A stretch of 17,547 nt of DNA, taken from contig CAVTZU010000033.1 in NCBI GenBank assembly GCA_963739305.1, positions 1 through 17,547 on the forward strand, given 5' to 3'. The DNA comes from Candidatus Bathyarchaeota archaeon. Lineage in GTDB: Archaea > Thermoproteota > Bathyarchaeia > Bathyarchaeales > Bathycorpusculaceae. Below are positions 1-8,617 of the stretch, one piece after another. A program made the translations under genes and the position numbers. Under the pieces are notes generated by a model. The model did no database searches. It saw only the letters and a list, made by a program, of their open reading frames with translations, and was not told where the DNA came from. Each line of letters starts with the position of its first letter. The first letter of the stretch is position 1.

Positions 1-52
1 GTCTAAGAACCTTGGCTACAAGTACTACGCGTAAAATGGGGCAATCAAGCTA

Positions 53-757
53 ATGAAACCTCGCGTTCTTGGATCTGTGCTATTTGTTATCCTTCTCGGT
101 ATTGTTGTCACGAATTTTGCCAAAGCAGAATACCCAGTAGGGGTCAATGGAGGAGACTGGATGATTTACGATGCCGAAGTCACCTACCTTAACCAAACCA
201 TCGAAGAATCAGTCAACCTTACGATCCAAACTGTTGAAGGCGTTTTGATAACTGGAACATTTGAAGCCACCGCTCAAGGACAATACGTAGTGCCGACCGA
301 ACAGTTCTCGCTTGACGTATCAACTGAAATCGGTCAATCTGCACGTGGCTTCATCATACCAGCAAACTTAACAGTAGGAAGTAGTGTTCCAGGCGAATCC
401 GCAACAGTGCTGAATTTGACTGATTGGAATGGCAGAACAGCAGTGGTAGCGAACGCGTCCGCGCCTTTCTTGGGCTATCCTTCACAGGTGTACTGGGATC
501 AGGCAACGGGCATTTTGCTTCAAGCTAACGGTTCCTCACCTAGTTCCGACTACCGTATCACCTTGGCTGATACCAGCCTCTGGAACAACGGATTTTTCGG
601 CCTCAACCCGACGACACTGGCAGTGCTCGTTGTAGGGGTCATTGCAACGGTGCTCGTTATCTACTCTCTCTTGGTTCGGAGGAGAAAAGCCAAACACTCT
701 GAGCAGTCGCCTCAAAACGTTCAGCCGAAGAAAATCTCTGCACGAAGAAATATATGA
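53..757 (+). CDS. Secreted, C-terminally membrane-anchored hypothetical protein
   Basis: 234 aa. N-terminal basic + hydrophobic signal peptide (MKPRVLGSVLFVILLGIVVTNFAKA). Beta-rich T/S/N ectodomain with several N-x-S/T sequons. C-terminal TM helix (LAVLVVGVIATVLVIYSLLV) followed by RRRK. Confidence 0.85.
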   Translation: MKPRVLGSVLFVILLGIVVTNFAKAEYPVGVNGGDWMIYDAEVTYLNQTIEESVNLTIQTVEGVLITGTFEATAQGQYVVPTEQFSLDVSTEIGQSARGFIIPANLTVGSSVPGESATVLNLTDWNGRTAVVANASAPFLGYPSQVYWDQATGILLQANGSSPSSDYRITLADTSLWNNGFFGLNPTTLAVLVVGVIATVLVIYSLLVRRRKAKHSEQSPQNVQPKKISARRNI

Positions 758-811
758 GCAGGGTACTTTCAGACCGGAAACAATGTTGAGTGGACCCACA
801 CGTATGCGAGT

Positions 812-3800
812 CTACTTGGTCTTTTCACCCTGAATCGCTATCGACACCTTCTTCTCGTCCAACTGAGACTCATGCCACTCCACATCCTCTTCCCCGCGTT
901 TACCGAGCAGATGAACATCCTTCGCACGCACAAGCTCCTTCATCTCTAACACGTAAGATTTCAATAGCCCGATGCTCTCGTCATCAAGCTCAGATATGTA
1001 AACCGCCCTCAACACGTCTGTGGGCACGTAGCCAAGCTCCTTTCTTAGCGCTTGAACTCTCCTTGCCAGATCGCGCATCAAACCAGCGCCCAGAAGCCGC
1101 TCGTCTCGATGAGTGTTCAAGAAGACCCGAATGCCGCCTTCAGACGCGGTTGCCCATCCCTCAACTTCCGGTTCAGAAGGCTTCTCAGTCACGTACTCGA
1201 CAGCCTGAACGTTAGCAAGCTCAACAAACAGATCCTCCATGCCCTCAAGCGCGTCCAAAGCACTTTCCGAAGCAACCAAGATCAGACGACTCAGCGGCCA
1301 CCTCCTCTTCAGCCCCGCACTCTGCCTGGCAGCATACACAAGAGACAAGCATTTGAACAGAGTCTCAAAGTTCCCCTCCAACCTCTTGTCCCTCAACATC
1401 TCGTCTGTTTTAGGCCAACTCTCAAAGTTAACAGACTCAGCCAGCGTGGGATCAAGTCGTCTGCACACTTTCTCATGCAGAGCTTCACTCAAGAAGGGCG
1501 TCACAGGGTTAAACAATAGCGTCACGGTCCCTAAGGCATTCCACAACGTCGCGTAGACAGCCAACCTGCGGTCAAGAGTCTCTGGATCATCAGTCCACAA
1601 CTCTTTCCGAACCATCGGCACGTACAATCTGCTCAAGCTCTCTATGACGAAATCCTCTAGAACCGCCAGAGCCAAGTTGAATTCACATGTTCCCAACTTG
1701 GCCGTGTATGCATCTATGGTTTCCTGAAGCTTCGAGAGCAGCCACAAGTCCGCTTTCTTGAGTTGTTTGCCTTTTCTAGCCCATTCAAGAGTGTGCTCGC
1801 GGGGAACGAAACCGTCGAATTCAGCGTTCTGCAAGAAAAACCTGTTCAGATGATAAAGCGTCGAAAGCACATGATAAGTACGACGTCCTAGCTCGTTCGG
1901 GTCGAAGTTTATGAAATCAATCGGCGAACACTTGCGAAGACTGTAGAACCTAGTCACGTCGGCCGAAGCAGTCTCCAGCAGCTTGCTGGGGTCTATCACG
2001 TTTCCAAGGCTCTTGCTCATCTTCCTTCCCCTAGCATCTTGCACTAATCCTTGGAACAGAAACGCCTTATACGGCGACTCAGGCTTTCCCGTGAGTATGA
2101 CGTGTTCCAACAACAGTGAATTTGCCCACCCTCTCGTCTGGTCAACTCCTTCAGTGAGAAAATCAACCGGCACAAACCTCGCGTACTCCTCATCGGTGAA
2201 CCTCGCATAGGGTGAAGCCCCGCTGTTGTGCCAAGTGTCCAGCACGAAATCTTCACGGAGCATCATGCCGCCGCACTTTTCGCATTTCAACGTTACCCTG
2301 TCCACCCAAGGCTTGTGCAGCTCAAAGTCTCCCAAGGGTTTTTCAACAGCTCTTTCGAGAAGTTCCTTCTTACTCGCGATCAGCGTTTTTGACCCGCACT
2401 GCTTACATTTCCAAACAGGCAAAGGTGCTCCCCAAACTCGTTCCCTGGATATGCACCATGGTTTGCCCTCCCTCAGGAAACTCATGAACCTGTTCTTCGT
2501 TTCATCGTAGAAGTAAGCAACTTTCTCAGCAGCTTCCAATACTCTTCCGTTTATCTTGTCCGTTCTCAGGAAGTACTCTTTTCTCGCAAGCCAGACTATC
2601 TTGTGGTGAGACCGCCAACACGTTGGATACTCGTGTTTCACGGGTTTCGTGTCGACGAGCAAGCCTCTGCTTCGAAGTTCTTCGATGACCATCTTGTCCG
2701 TGTCTCTCGCAAACACTCCGCAGAATTTGCCGCCTTCAGCAGTGAATTTGACCTCATCGTCGAACGGTGCGAATATCGGCATGCCACGCTTCATTGCCGC
2801 AAAAAAGTCCTCTTCACCGTTGCCAGGAGAAAGGTGAACGACACCCGTCGCCGTCTCAACGTCCACGAAGTCCTCGCATATCACCTTGTGAACCAACGGA
2901 TGACTCTTCTCAAGCTCAGCTTGTCTCGGAACCAAATCCTTGAACGGGAACTCATACTTCATGCCTTCAAGACTCTTGCCGCTTACGGTTTCCACTTCGT
3001 CGTACTTCTTTACGCCAAGTTCTTTCATCAGTGATTCGACTCGCTGTCTAACAAGGATCCAGACTTCGTTGCCCACACGAACTTTCACATACTCAGCGTC
3101 GGGCCGAACAGCGAGCATCGTGTCCGTGATCAACGTGAACGGCATCGTTGTCCAGACGAGAAAATACTCGTTCTCAGCATCTGCGACTTTGAACTTGAAG
3201 TAGACGCTTGGGTCTTCAACCACCTGATACGAGTCTTCAAAGCCTATTTCCGCGTTGCTCAGGCTCGTTTGGCAACCTGGACAATAGGCCACGACGTAGT
3301 GTCCTTCTTCAAGCAGGCCCTGATCCCACGCGCGTTTGAGGATCTGCCACTCTCGCTCGATGTAACCATCATGGTAGGTCCAGTAAGCCTTGTCCTGGTC
3401 TATGAAGACGCCAAGTCTGGCATCCAAATCCACCCATTGTTTGTGATATTTCATTATCGTTTTCTTGCATTCTTCTATGAAACTCTCCTCGCTGACCCGC
3501 TCAAGAAGTTCACGCTTGTTTTTCACGCCCAGCTGCTTCTCAACCTCCAACTCCACGGGCAGTCCTTGACAATCCCATCCTGCCCAGAACGGTACATAGT
3601 AGCCCTGCATGGTCTTCCATCGATACCTAAGATCCTTCATCACGCGGCCTCTCGCGTGACCAACATGCGGCATACCGTTGAGCGTTGGAGGTCCTTCCAC
3701 GTAACCCAGAACGCCTACGTTGTGTTTCTTTTTGGCTTCCGCTAGCTTCTGTTCTGTATGGTTTTTCTCCCAGAATCTGCGTATTTCTTGTTCAAGCTCA

Positions 3801-3859
3801 AGCGGGCGGTAATCTACACTGAGGCTCGTTTCAGAATCAGTTTTTGATTTGGCGGTCAC
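812..3859 (-). CDS. ileS: Isoleucine--tRNA ligase (archaeal/eukaryote-like type)
   Basis: 1015 aa. GPP..NG.PHVGH (HIGH motif), GWDCQGLPVE, CP1 editing motifs WTTMPFTL and TGVVHLSPGNGEED, WCISRERVWG, EGVDQTRGW, KMSKS. GTG start. Confidence 0.98.
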   Translation of the reverse strand: MTAKSKTDSETSLSVDYRPLELEQEIRRFWEKNHTEQKLAEAKKKHNVGVLGYVEGPPTLNGMPHVGHARGRVMKDLRYRWKTMQGYYVPFWAGWDCQGLPVELEVEKQLGVKNKRELLERVSEESFIEECKKTIMKYHKQWVDLDARLGVFIDQDKAYWTYHDGYIEREWQILKRAWDQGLLEEGHYVVAYCPGCQTSLSNAEIGFEDSYQVVEDPSVYFKFKVADAENEYFLVWTTMPFTLITDTMLAVRPDAEYVKVRVGNEVWILVRQRVESLMKELGVKKYDEVETVSGKSLEGMKYEFPFKDLVPRQAELEKSHPLVHKVICEDFVDVETATGVVHLSPGNGEEDFFAAMKRGMPIFAPFDDEVKFTAEGGKFCGVFARDTDKMVIEELRSRGLLVDTKPVKHEYPTCWRSHHKIVWLARKEYFLRTDKINGRVLEAAEKVAYFYDETKNRFMSFLREGKPWCISRERVWGAPLPVWKCKQCGSKTLIASKKELLERAVEKPLGDFELHKPWVDRVTLKCEKCGGMMLREDFVLDTWHNSGASPYARFTDEEYARFVPVDFLTEGVDQTRGWANSLLLEHVILTGKPESPYKAFLFQGLVQDARGRKMSKSLGNVIDPSKLLETASADVTRFYSLRKCSPIDFINFDPNELGRRTYHVLSTLYHLNRFFLQNAEFDGFVPREHTLEWARKGKQLKKADLWLLSKLQETIDAYTAKLGTCEFNLALAVLEDFVIESLSRLYVPMVRKELWTDDPETLDRRLAVYATLWNALGTVTLLFNPVTPFLSEALHEKVCRRLDPTLAESVNFESWPKTDEMLRDKRLEGNFETLFKCLSLVYAARQSAGLKRRWPLSRLILVASESALDALEGMEDLFVELANVQAVEYVTEKPSEPEVEGWATASEGGIRVFLNTHRDERLLGAGLMRDLARRVQALRKELGYVPTDVLRAVYISELDDESIGLLKSYVLEMKELVRAKDVHLLGKRGEEDVEWHESQLDEKKVSIAIQGEKTK

Positions 3860-3906
3860 CTTGCATCACATTGCACCCGCAAACACAGCAGAATTGCGCC
3901 TGCAGC

Positions 3907-3920
3907 ATATAACCTTTTTG
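3907..3920 (-). promoter_or_regulatory. BRE/TATA promoter of ileS
   Basis: Minus strand reads CAAAAAGG-TTATAT (purine-rich BRE then TATA), about 48 nt upstream of the GTG. Confidence 0.6.
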
Positions 3921-4102
3921 AATCTGGGTTCCGTGAGGTATTCGGTTGATGGGCGTTTCTTTAAGAAATCGGTTGATGAGAATTTTTCCAATCTTGCTTC
4001 TCCGACTTGGAATTAGATTTTTTCAATGTTGAATCGGCTAATCCGACTGTGCCAAGTATCAACCTAACCCTGAACGCAGATTCAGAGCGAGTACTCTCCG
4101 CA

Positions 4103-4135
4103 GAAAAAAGGTAGGGGGTAGGGTGTTTTTGACTG
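4103..4135 (+). repeat. G-rich intergenic motif, copy 1
   Basis: GAAAAAAGGTAGGGGGTAGGGTG-TTTTT-GACTG; resembles the reverse complement of 17190-17218. Confidence 0.45.
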
Positions 4136-4248
4136 TTTTCAACTCAAAAACCATGTTGAGTAGGCCCTCAGCAAACATTCAAACAAAGCAGTGATCAACA
4201 GCATAAGTCTTAAATCAAATCTCCCACATACAAATCGCGTGACCCAAC

Positions 4249-4695
4249 ATGACCGACGAAGACATCGTCATGGAAATCGATAAACCACACTTCACAGTCA
4301 AACTTCACTCAACCTTCCTGGAAGTAGATTTGAAAGAAGGAATCAGAAAAGATCTGGAAAAACTGATCGAAGCAAAACCAGCAATCAGAGACAGCGTGGG
4401 TATACTTTTTCAAACGATAGTTCCAATTGATGTCAGACTACGGGACATAAGATCCGTTGGCCTGGACAAGAAAGGCAGAGTCAAAATCGACATCCCGTCA
4501 AGAAAAGACCTGACCATCCCCTTGGACGAAAAAGAATCCACTAGCCTCATAAATAAACTGAACGAACTCATACCTCCAGAAAGGGAAAGAGCAATGAGAG
4601 ACTCCTCGGAAGCGAGGAAGGCTGAAAAAGCTTACAAATCTGCACGCGGAACCACCCTGGACGAAAAAGAAGTTATGAGGGGAAGACTAGACTAA
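4249..4695 (+). CDS. Hypothetical cytoplasmic protein (possibly PH-like fold)
   Basis: 148 aa ORF with ATG start and natural charged composition. TATA-like CTTAAAT lies about 35 nt upstream. Alternating beta-strand pattern then a C-terminal helix; the fold is inference only. Confidence 0.8.
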   Translation: MTDEDIVMEIDKPHFTVKLHSTFLEVDLKEGIRKDLEKLIEAKPAIRDSVGILFQTIVPIDVRLRDIRSVGLDKKGRVKIDIPSRKDLTIPLDEKESTSLINKLNELIPPERERAMRDSSEARKAEKAYKSARGTTLDEKEVMRGRLD

Positions 4696-4770
4696 CACAC
4701 AGAATCTCCTGCATCGAAGAATTCGCCAAAGCGACTTCGAACTATTTTCCAACACAACAGTACGCGCGCC

Positions 4771-5598
4771 TCAGTCAAGAGGCACCTTCTTTCCAGTCAT
4801 ATCTCTTTTAAAAACACCAAACTCTCCTGCGACCTGACTCAACTGTCTCGAAGAGAACACAGGTCCATCCCTGCAAACCCTGTACCCCCCGAAGGCACAA
4901 CTCCCACACAACCCTATCCCACAACGCATCAAACGTTCAAGACTCGCCTGAAAAGGAACCTTATGCCTGTCAGCCAATGCAAAAACCTTGAGTATCATCT
5001 TCTCAGGTCCACATGCATAAACCGCGTCAAACCCACCTTTACCCAACAACTCCTCAACAGGCTGAGTGCAAAGACCCGTTAAACCGCAACTTCCGTCTTC
5101 CGTCGAGTACACCACGCTGAATCGCCTCTTCTTCAACCCCTGCAATTCAGCCGAAAACAACAATTCATCCTTCGTTCTCGCCCCCAAAACAAAAGTTACA
5201 GCCGCTTCTCTAGGAACAAACCTTCTTGCAAGAAACAACAACGGAGCAACGCCTGTGCCTCCTCCAACCATGAGCAGCCTGCGACCGTCAACTGTGAAGT
5301 GATTTCCAAATGGACCTCGCACTCCAATAATCTCACCAGGCTTCTTGCAGTGTAAAGCTCCAGATGCCTCACCCACATTTTTAACAGCCACAGAAACCCT
5401 GTTCTTGCTTTCAACATCAAGTATGCTCAATGGAATCTCATCAACCCTCGGAACCCACAACATCAAGAACTGCCCAGGTCTGGCTGCTCCACATTCTTCA
5501 TCCTCGAAAACAAACGTCTTGACCGTGTCACTAACAGCCTTCACCTTCATTACCCCAGTAGCTCTCAGTTGATTAGTTCGTGTGTGCAAGACCGACAA
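4771..5598 (-). CDS. pyrK: Dihydroorotate dehydrogenase electron transfer subunit
   Basis: PGQFLMLW, PLSI, RGPFGN, GGGTGVAPL, ACGPEKM and the [2Fe-2S] motif CGIGLCGSC...C(RDGPVF). Overlaps the pyrD 3' end; exact start uncertain. Confidence 0.95.
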   Translation of the reverse strand: MSVLHTRTNQLRATGVMKVKAVSDTVKTFVFEDEECGAARPGQFLMLWVPRVDEIPLSILDVESKNRVSVAVKNVGEASGALHCKKPGEIIGVRGPFGNHFTVDGRRLLMVGGGTGVAPLLFLARRFVPREAAVTFVLGARTKDELLFSAELQGLKKRRFSVVYSTEDGSCGLTGLCTQPVEELLGKGGFDAVYACGPEKMILKVFALADRHKVPFQASLERLMRCGIGLCGSCAFGGYRVCRDGPVFSSRQLSQVAGEFGVFKRDMTGKKVPLD

Positions 5599-6493
5599 TC
5601 TCCGTCACACTCCTCGAATTCCTTTTTCTCAAGTAAGCACTTATTCCCCTCGCAACGTTTGAAAAGACCTTCGTTCCAACAGTGGCCACTGCGGTTCCGA
5701 TCTGAACGGCTGAGGCGCCTGCCAAGAAGAATTCAATTGCGTCACGCCAGTCCGTTACCCCGCCGCAGCCCACTATCGGTATGTGAACCTCCTTGTAGAC
5801 TTCGTAAACGTTTCTTAACGCGATTGGCTTTACCGCCGGGCCTGAAAGACCCCCAACCATATTAGCCAAGACCGGAATGCCTGTTTCAACGTTTATTGAC
5901 ATCGCCCTCACAGTGTTCATTATGGTCAAAGCGTCCGCACCAGCCTTCTCGGCGGCCTTACCGATTTCCACGATGTCAGCAACGTTGGGAGAGAGCTTTA
6001 CAATAACGGGCTTGTTCACTGATGCCTTCACTTTGCGGATGACCTGTGAAAGAAGTTTCGGATCCTGTCCGATCTCACAACCCGTTTCTTTCACATGTGG
6101 GCACGAAACGTTAAGCTCAACTGCGTCTGCGCCAGCAACGACGGCTCTTCTAGACACGGTTGCATACTCATCCGCTGAAAACCCAAAGACACTAACGACC
6201 ACAGGGATCTCCAGAGAAGACTTTGCCTCTCGGATTTCCTCCGCAAACCCGTCTATTCCCGCATTCGGAAGACCCATAGCGTTGATCAGACCGCAGTTGG
6301 CTTGCGCAATCGTTGGATTGGGATATCCCCTTCGCGGTCTTAGACAAACGGACTTCGTAACAACGGCGCCAGCCCCGCCTTTTTCGACGCTGACCAACGT
6401 TTGTGCAGAAAACCCCAGAATTCCAGATGCCAATATCGTTGGGTTAATGAGCTTCAGACCTGCCAAATCAACGCTCAAGTCAGCGTCTTTCAC
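5573..6493 (-). CDS. pyrD: Dihydroorotate dehydrogenase (family 1B) catalytic subunit
   Basis: ASG, VTKS, GYPNP, INAMGLPN, ELNVSCPH (catalytic Cys), VKLSPN, GGLSGPAVKP, GASAVQIGT. Confidence 0.97.
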   Translation of the reverse strand: MKDADLSVDLAGLKLINPTILASGILGFSAQTLVSVEKGGAGAVVTKSVCLRPRRGYPNPTIAQANCGLINAMGLPNAGIDGFAEEIREAKSSLEIPVVVSVFGFSADEYATVSRRAVVAGADAVELNVSCPHVKETGCEIGQDPKLLSQVIRKVKASVNKPVIVKLSPNVADIVEIGKAAEKAGADALTIMNTVRAMSINVETGIPVLANMVGGLSGPAVKPIALRNVYEVYKEVHIPIVGCGGVTDWRDAIEFFLAGASAVQIGTAVATVGTKVFSNVARGISAYLRKRNSRSVTEIVGLAHTN

Positions 6494-6533
6494 AAGGCTT
6501 CCACTCTGGCTTGCATCTTCTAATCGCCATCAC

Positions 6534-6601
6534 TTATAATAGTTCCTCCCAGAATCAACAAACGCGAAAACGAAAGGCATTCTCTGCTGTAAGTTTATAT
6601 T
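6534..6601. promoter_or_regulatory. Divergent promoters of pyrD-pyrK (-) and nop5-flpA (+)
   Basis: TTATAA at 6534-6539 is about 40 nt upstream of pyrD. TTTATAT at 6594-6600 is about 40 nt upstream of nop5, with a GAGG RBS near 6630. Confidence 0.55.
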
Positions 6602-6640
6602 AGCAACGGACTTAGCAATAGTAATGTTCGAGGCATCATT

Positions 6641-7885
6641 ATGAAAGTGACAATACTCGAAAGCTCCTTCGGCATGCTGGCCTTCGACGATGAAAACAAA
6701 CTCATCGCTATGGTTCTGTATCCAAAGAATCCTCATGCCGCTGCAAAAGAGCTTCTCAAAATTGAAGCAGGAAAGATAACAGACGAAGTATCCAGTCTCA
6801 TCGATGCTCTCAAGAAGAAAGGTTATGACGGGTTCATTTTTGAAAATGCCAACCTCGCCAAAGAAGTAGAGACGGGATTGGACGTTAAATCTGAGGTATC
6901 GAAACCAACAAAAGCAGGAGAACTCCTTCGATCCAAGCCTGAATCATTCGCAGTCAAGGCAGGTTTCATCAAAGATCCCGAAGAATATGGCCTCTGGACC
7001 CACAACGTCACGATGGAAATCACAAAGTTGCGAGTCAGAGGAGCAGTCGAAAAGAGAGACCTTATCGTGGCTCAAGCCGTTCAGAGCCTGGATGAACTTG
7101 ACAAAACCATAAACATGCTGATGGCGCGCGTAAGAGAATGGTATGGAATACACTTCCCCGAATTGGATCGGCTGCTTGACAAACACGAAACATACGCCCG
7201 CTTAGTTGTCGAGCTTGGCAGTAGAGATGATTTCACCCCCGAGAACCTTGAGAAGGAAGACATTCCGAAATCCAAAGCTGAAGCCATAGCAAAAGTCGCG
7301 GAACAATCGATGGGTGCTGACCTTGACGAAACAGACCTGAAACAGATTCAATCGCTCTGCAAAGATATCATCGCCCTCTACAAATTGAGAGAAGGCTTGG
7401 AAAAATACTTGGATTCAACCATGGAGGAAGTCGCTCCAAACACAAAATACTTGGTTGGTTCGCTGTTAGGAGCGCGCCTAATCGCGGTGTCAGGAGGGTT
7501 AATGAACCTTGCAAAGCGGCCAGCAAGCACAATTCAAGTCTTGGGCGCTGAGAAGGCTCTCTTTCGTTCATTGAAGACGGGAACTAGACCCCCAAAGCAT
7601 GGCTTGATTTTCCAACACACCCTTTTGCACGACGCGAAGAAATGGCAGAGAGGAAAGATCGCAAGAGCGATTGCTGGCAAATTGGCAATAGCCACAAGGG
7701 CTGACGCTTTCGGACGAAGATCCATCGGCGTTGAGCTGAAGGCAAGTATGGAGAAGCGAATCGATGAAATTCACCATAAGTACGAACAACCGCCGCCACT
7801 GCCTCCAGCGAAACCCAGACATCAGAGAACAAGAGATGAAAGGCCAAGAGATAGAAACTGGAGAAAACACAGACGTGAACGTTAA
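6641..7885 (+). CDS. nop5: C/D box methylation guide RNP subunit Nop5 (aNop56/58)
   Basis: RVREWYGIHFPEL, SMG.D, APN, LGARLIA, PASTIQVLGAEKALFR, PKHGLIFQH, RGKIAR..AGKLAIA.R.D; basic C-terminal tail. Confidence 0.97.
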   Translation: MKVTILESSFGMLAFDDENKLIAMVLYPKNPHAAAKELLKIEAGKITDEVSSLIDALKKKGYDGFIFENANLAKEVETGLDVKSEVSKPTKAGELLRSKPESFAVKAGFIKDPEEYGLWTHNVTMEITKLRVRGAVEKRDLIVAQAVQSLDELDKTINMLMARVREWYGIHFPELDRLLDKHETYARLVVELGSRDDFTPENLEKEDIPKSKAEAIAKVAEQSMGADLDETDLKQIQSLCKDIIALYKLREGLEKYLDSTMEEVAPNTKYLVGSLLGARLIAVSGGLMNLAKRPASTIQVLGAEKALFRSLKTGTRPPKHGLIFQHTLLHDAKKWQRGKIARAIAGKLAIATRADAFGRRSIGVELKASMEKRIDEIHHKYEQPPPLPPAKPRHQRTRDERPRDRNWRKHRRER

Positions 7886-8570
7886 AGTCAAGCCTCATCC
7901 CAGGTTCGCAGAAATATACACCATTGTGCTCGAAGACGGTTCACATCGGCTCGCCACAAAGAACCTGTCTCCTGGAAAGAACGTGTACGGCGAAAGACTC
8001 ATCAAGTACGAAGGAGCAGAGTATCGGGTCTGGGACGCTTTCAGAAGCAAGCTTGCAGCAGCAATTTTGAAAGGCCTGAACAAGGTCCCCATCAAACCGA
8101 ATCATTCAGTTCTGTATCTGGGAGCCGCCTCTGGAACAACAGCAAGCCACGTCTCCGACATAGTCGGAGAAAAAGGACACGTTTACTGCGTCGAGTTCGC
8201 CTCACGATCAATCAGAGATCTCGTCGATCACGTCTGTCCTTACAGAGCGAACATGTCACCGATACTTGAAGATGCGCGCTTCCCAGAAAAATACTCAATT
8301 TTCATACGCGGGAAAGTTGACGACATCTACTGTGACATCGCGCAGCCTGAACAGGCGAAGGTTCTAGTAAACAACGCAGATCACTTTTTGAGAGTCAAAG
8401 GTTGGATAATGCTTGCAGTCAAGGCTCAAAGCATAGACGTAACGAGAGAACCTTCCGACGTTTATAAAGACGAAGTCAAAGTATTGGAGAAAAATGATTT
8501 CACGGTGGAACAGGTGATCCAGCTGGAACCCTACGACAAGGCGCACGCCATGATTTTGGCTAACAGATAA
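7875..8570 (+). CDS. flpA: Fibrillarin-like rRNA/tRNA 2'-O-methyltransferase
   Basis: VYGERL, YRVWD..RSKLAAAI, VLYLGAASGTTASHVSDIV, VEF, PILEDARFP, DIAQPEQA, LEPYDKAH. The likely start is the in-frame GTG at 7875 (11-nt overlap with nop5) rather than 7764. Confidence 0.97.
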   Translation: MNVKVKPHPRFAEIYTIVLEDGSHRLATKNLSPGKNVYGERLIKYEGAEYRVWDAFRSKLAAAILKGLNKVPIKPNHSVLYLGAASGTTASHVSDIVGEKGHVYCVEFASRSIRDLVDHVCPYRANMSPILEDARFPEKYSIFIRGKVDDIYCDIAQPEQAKVLVNNADHFLRVKGWIMLAVKAQSIDVTREPSDVYKDEVKVLEKNDFTVEQVIQLEPYDKAHAMILANR

Positions 8571-8582
8571 ATCCCGATCTTG

Positions 8583-8608
8583 TCAAAAATCAGAGATCAA
8601 AAATCTGA
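8583..8608 (-). terminator. Tandem oligo-T terminator candidate for rnhB
   Basis: Two 12-nt copies of TCAAAAATC(A/T)GA at 8583-8594 and 8597-8608 give two T5 runs on the minus strand just after the rnhB stop. Confidence 0.5.
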
Positions 8609-8617
8609 TCGTGCACT

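Noticed and set aside
2-34. Possible 3' end of an upstream gene (SKNLGYKYYA*)
   Set aside because: Only 10 codons are visible; cannot be distinguished from chance.
790-3745. Multiple + strand ORFs opposite ileS
   Set aside because: Antisense shadows of a well-supported gene with no recognisable motifs. The same applies to ORFs such as 5877-6539, 9489-10073, 11923-12279 and 15665-16246.
4095-4125. Origin recognition box (G-string after GAAA)
   Set aside because: Poor match to TTCCA-N3-GAAA, no inverted ORB pair around an AT-rich unwinding element, and no cdc6/orc1 nearby.
7764-7874. N-terminal extension of fibrillarin in the ORF track
   Set aside because: It lies inside nop5 in another frame; fibrillarin-like sequence starts at GTG 7875.
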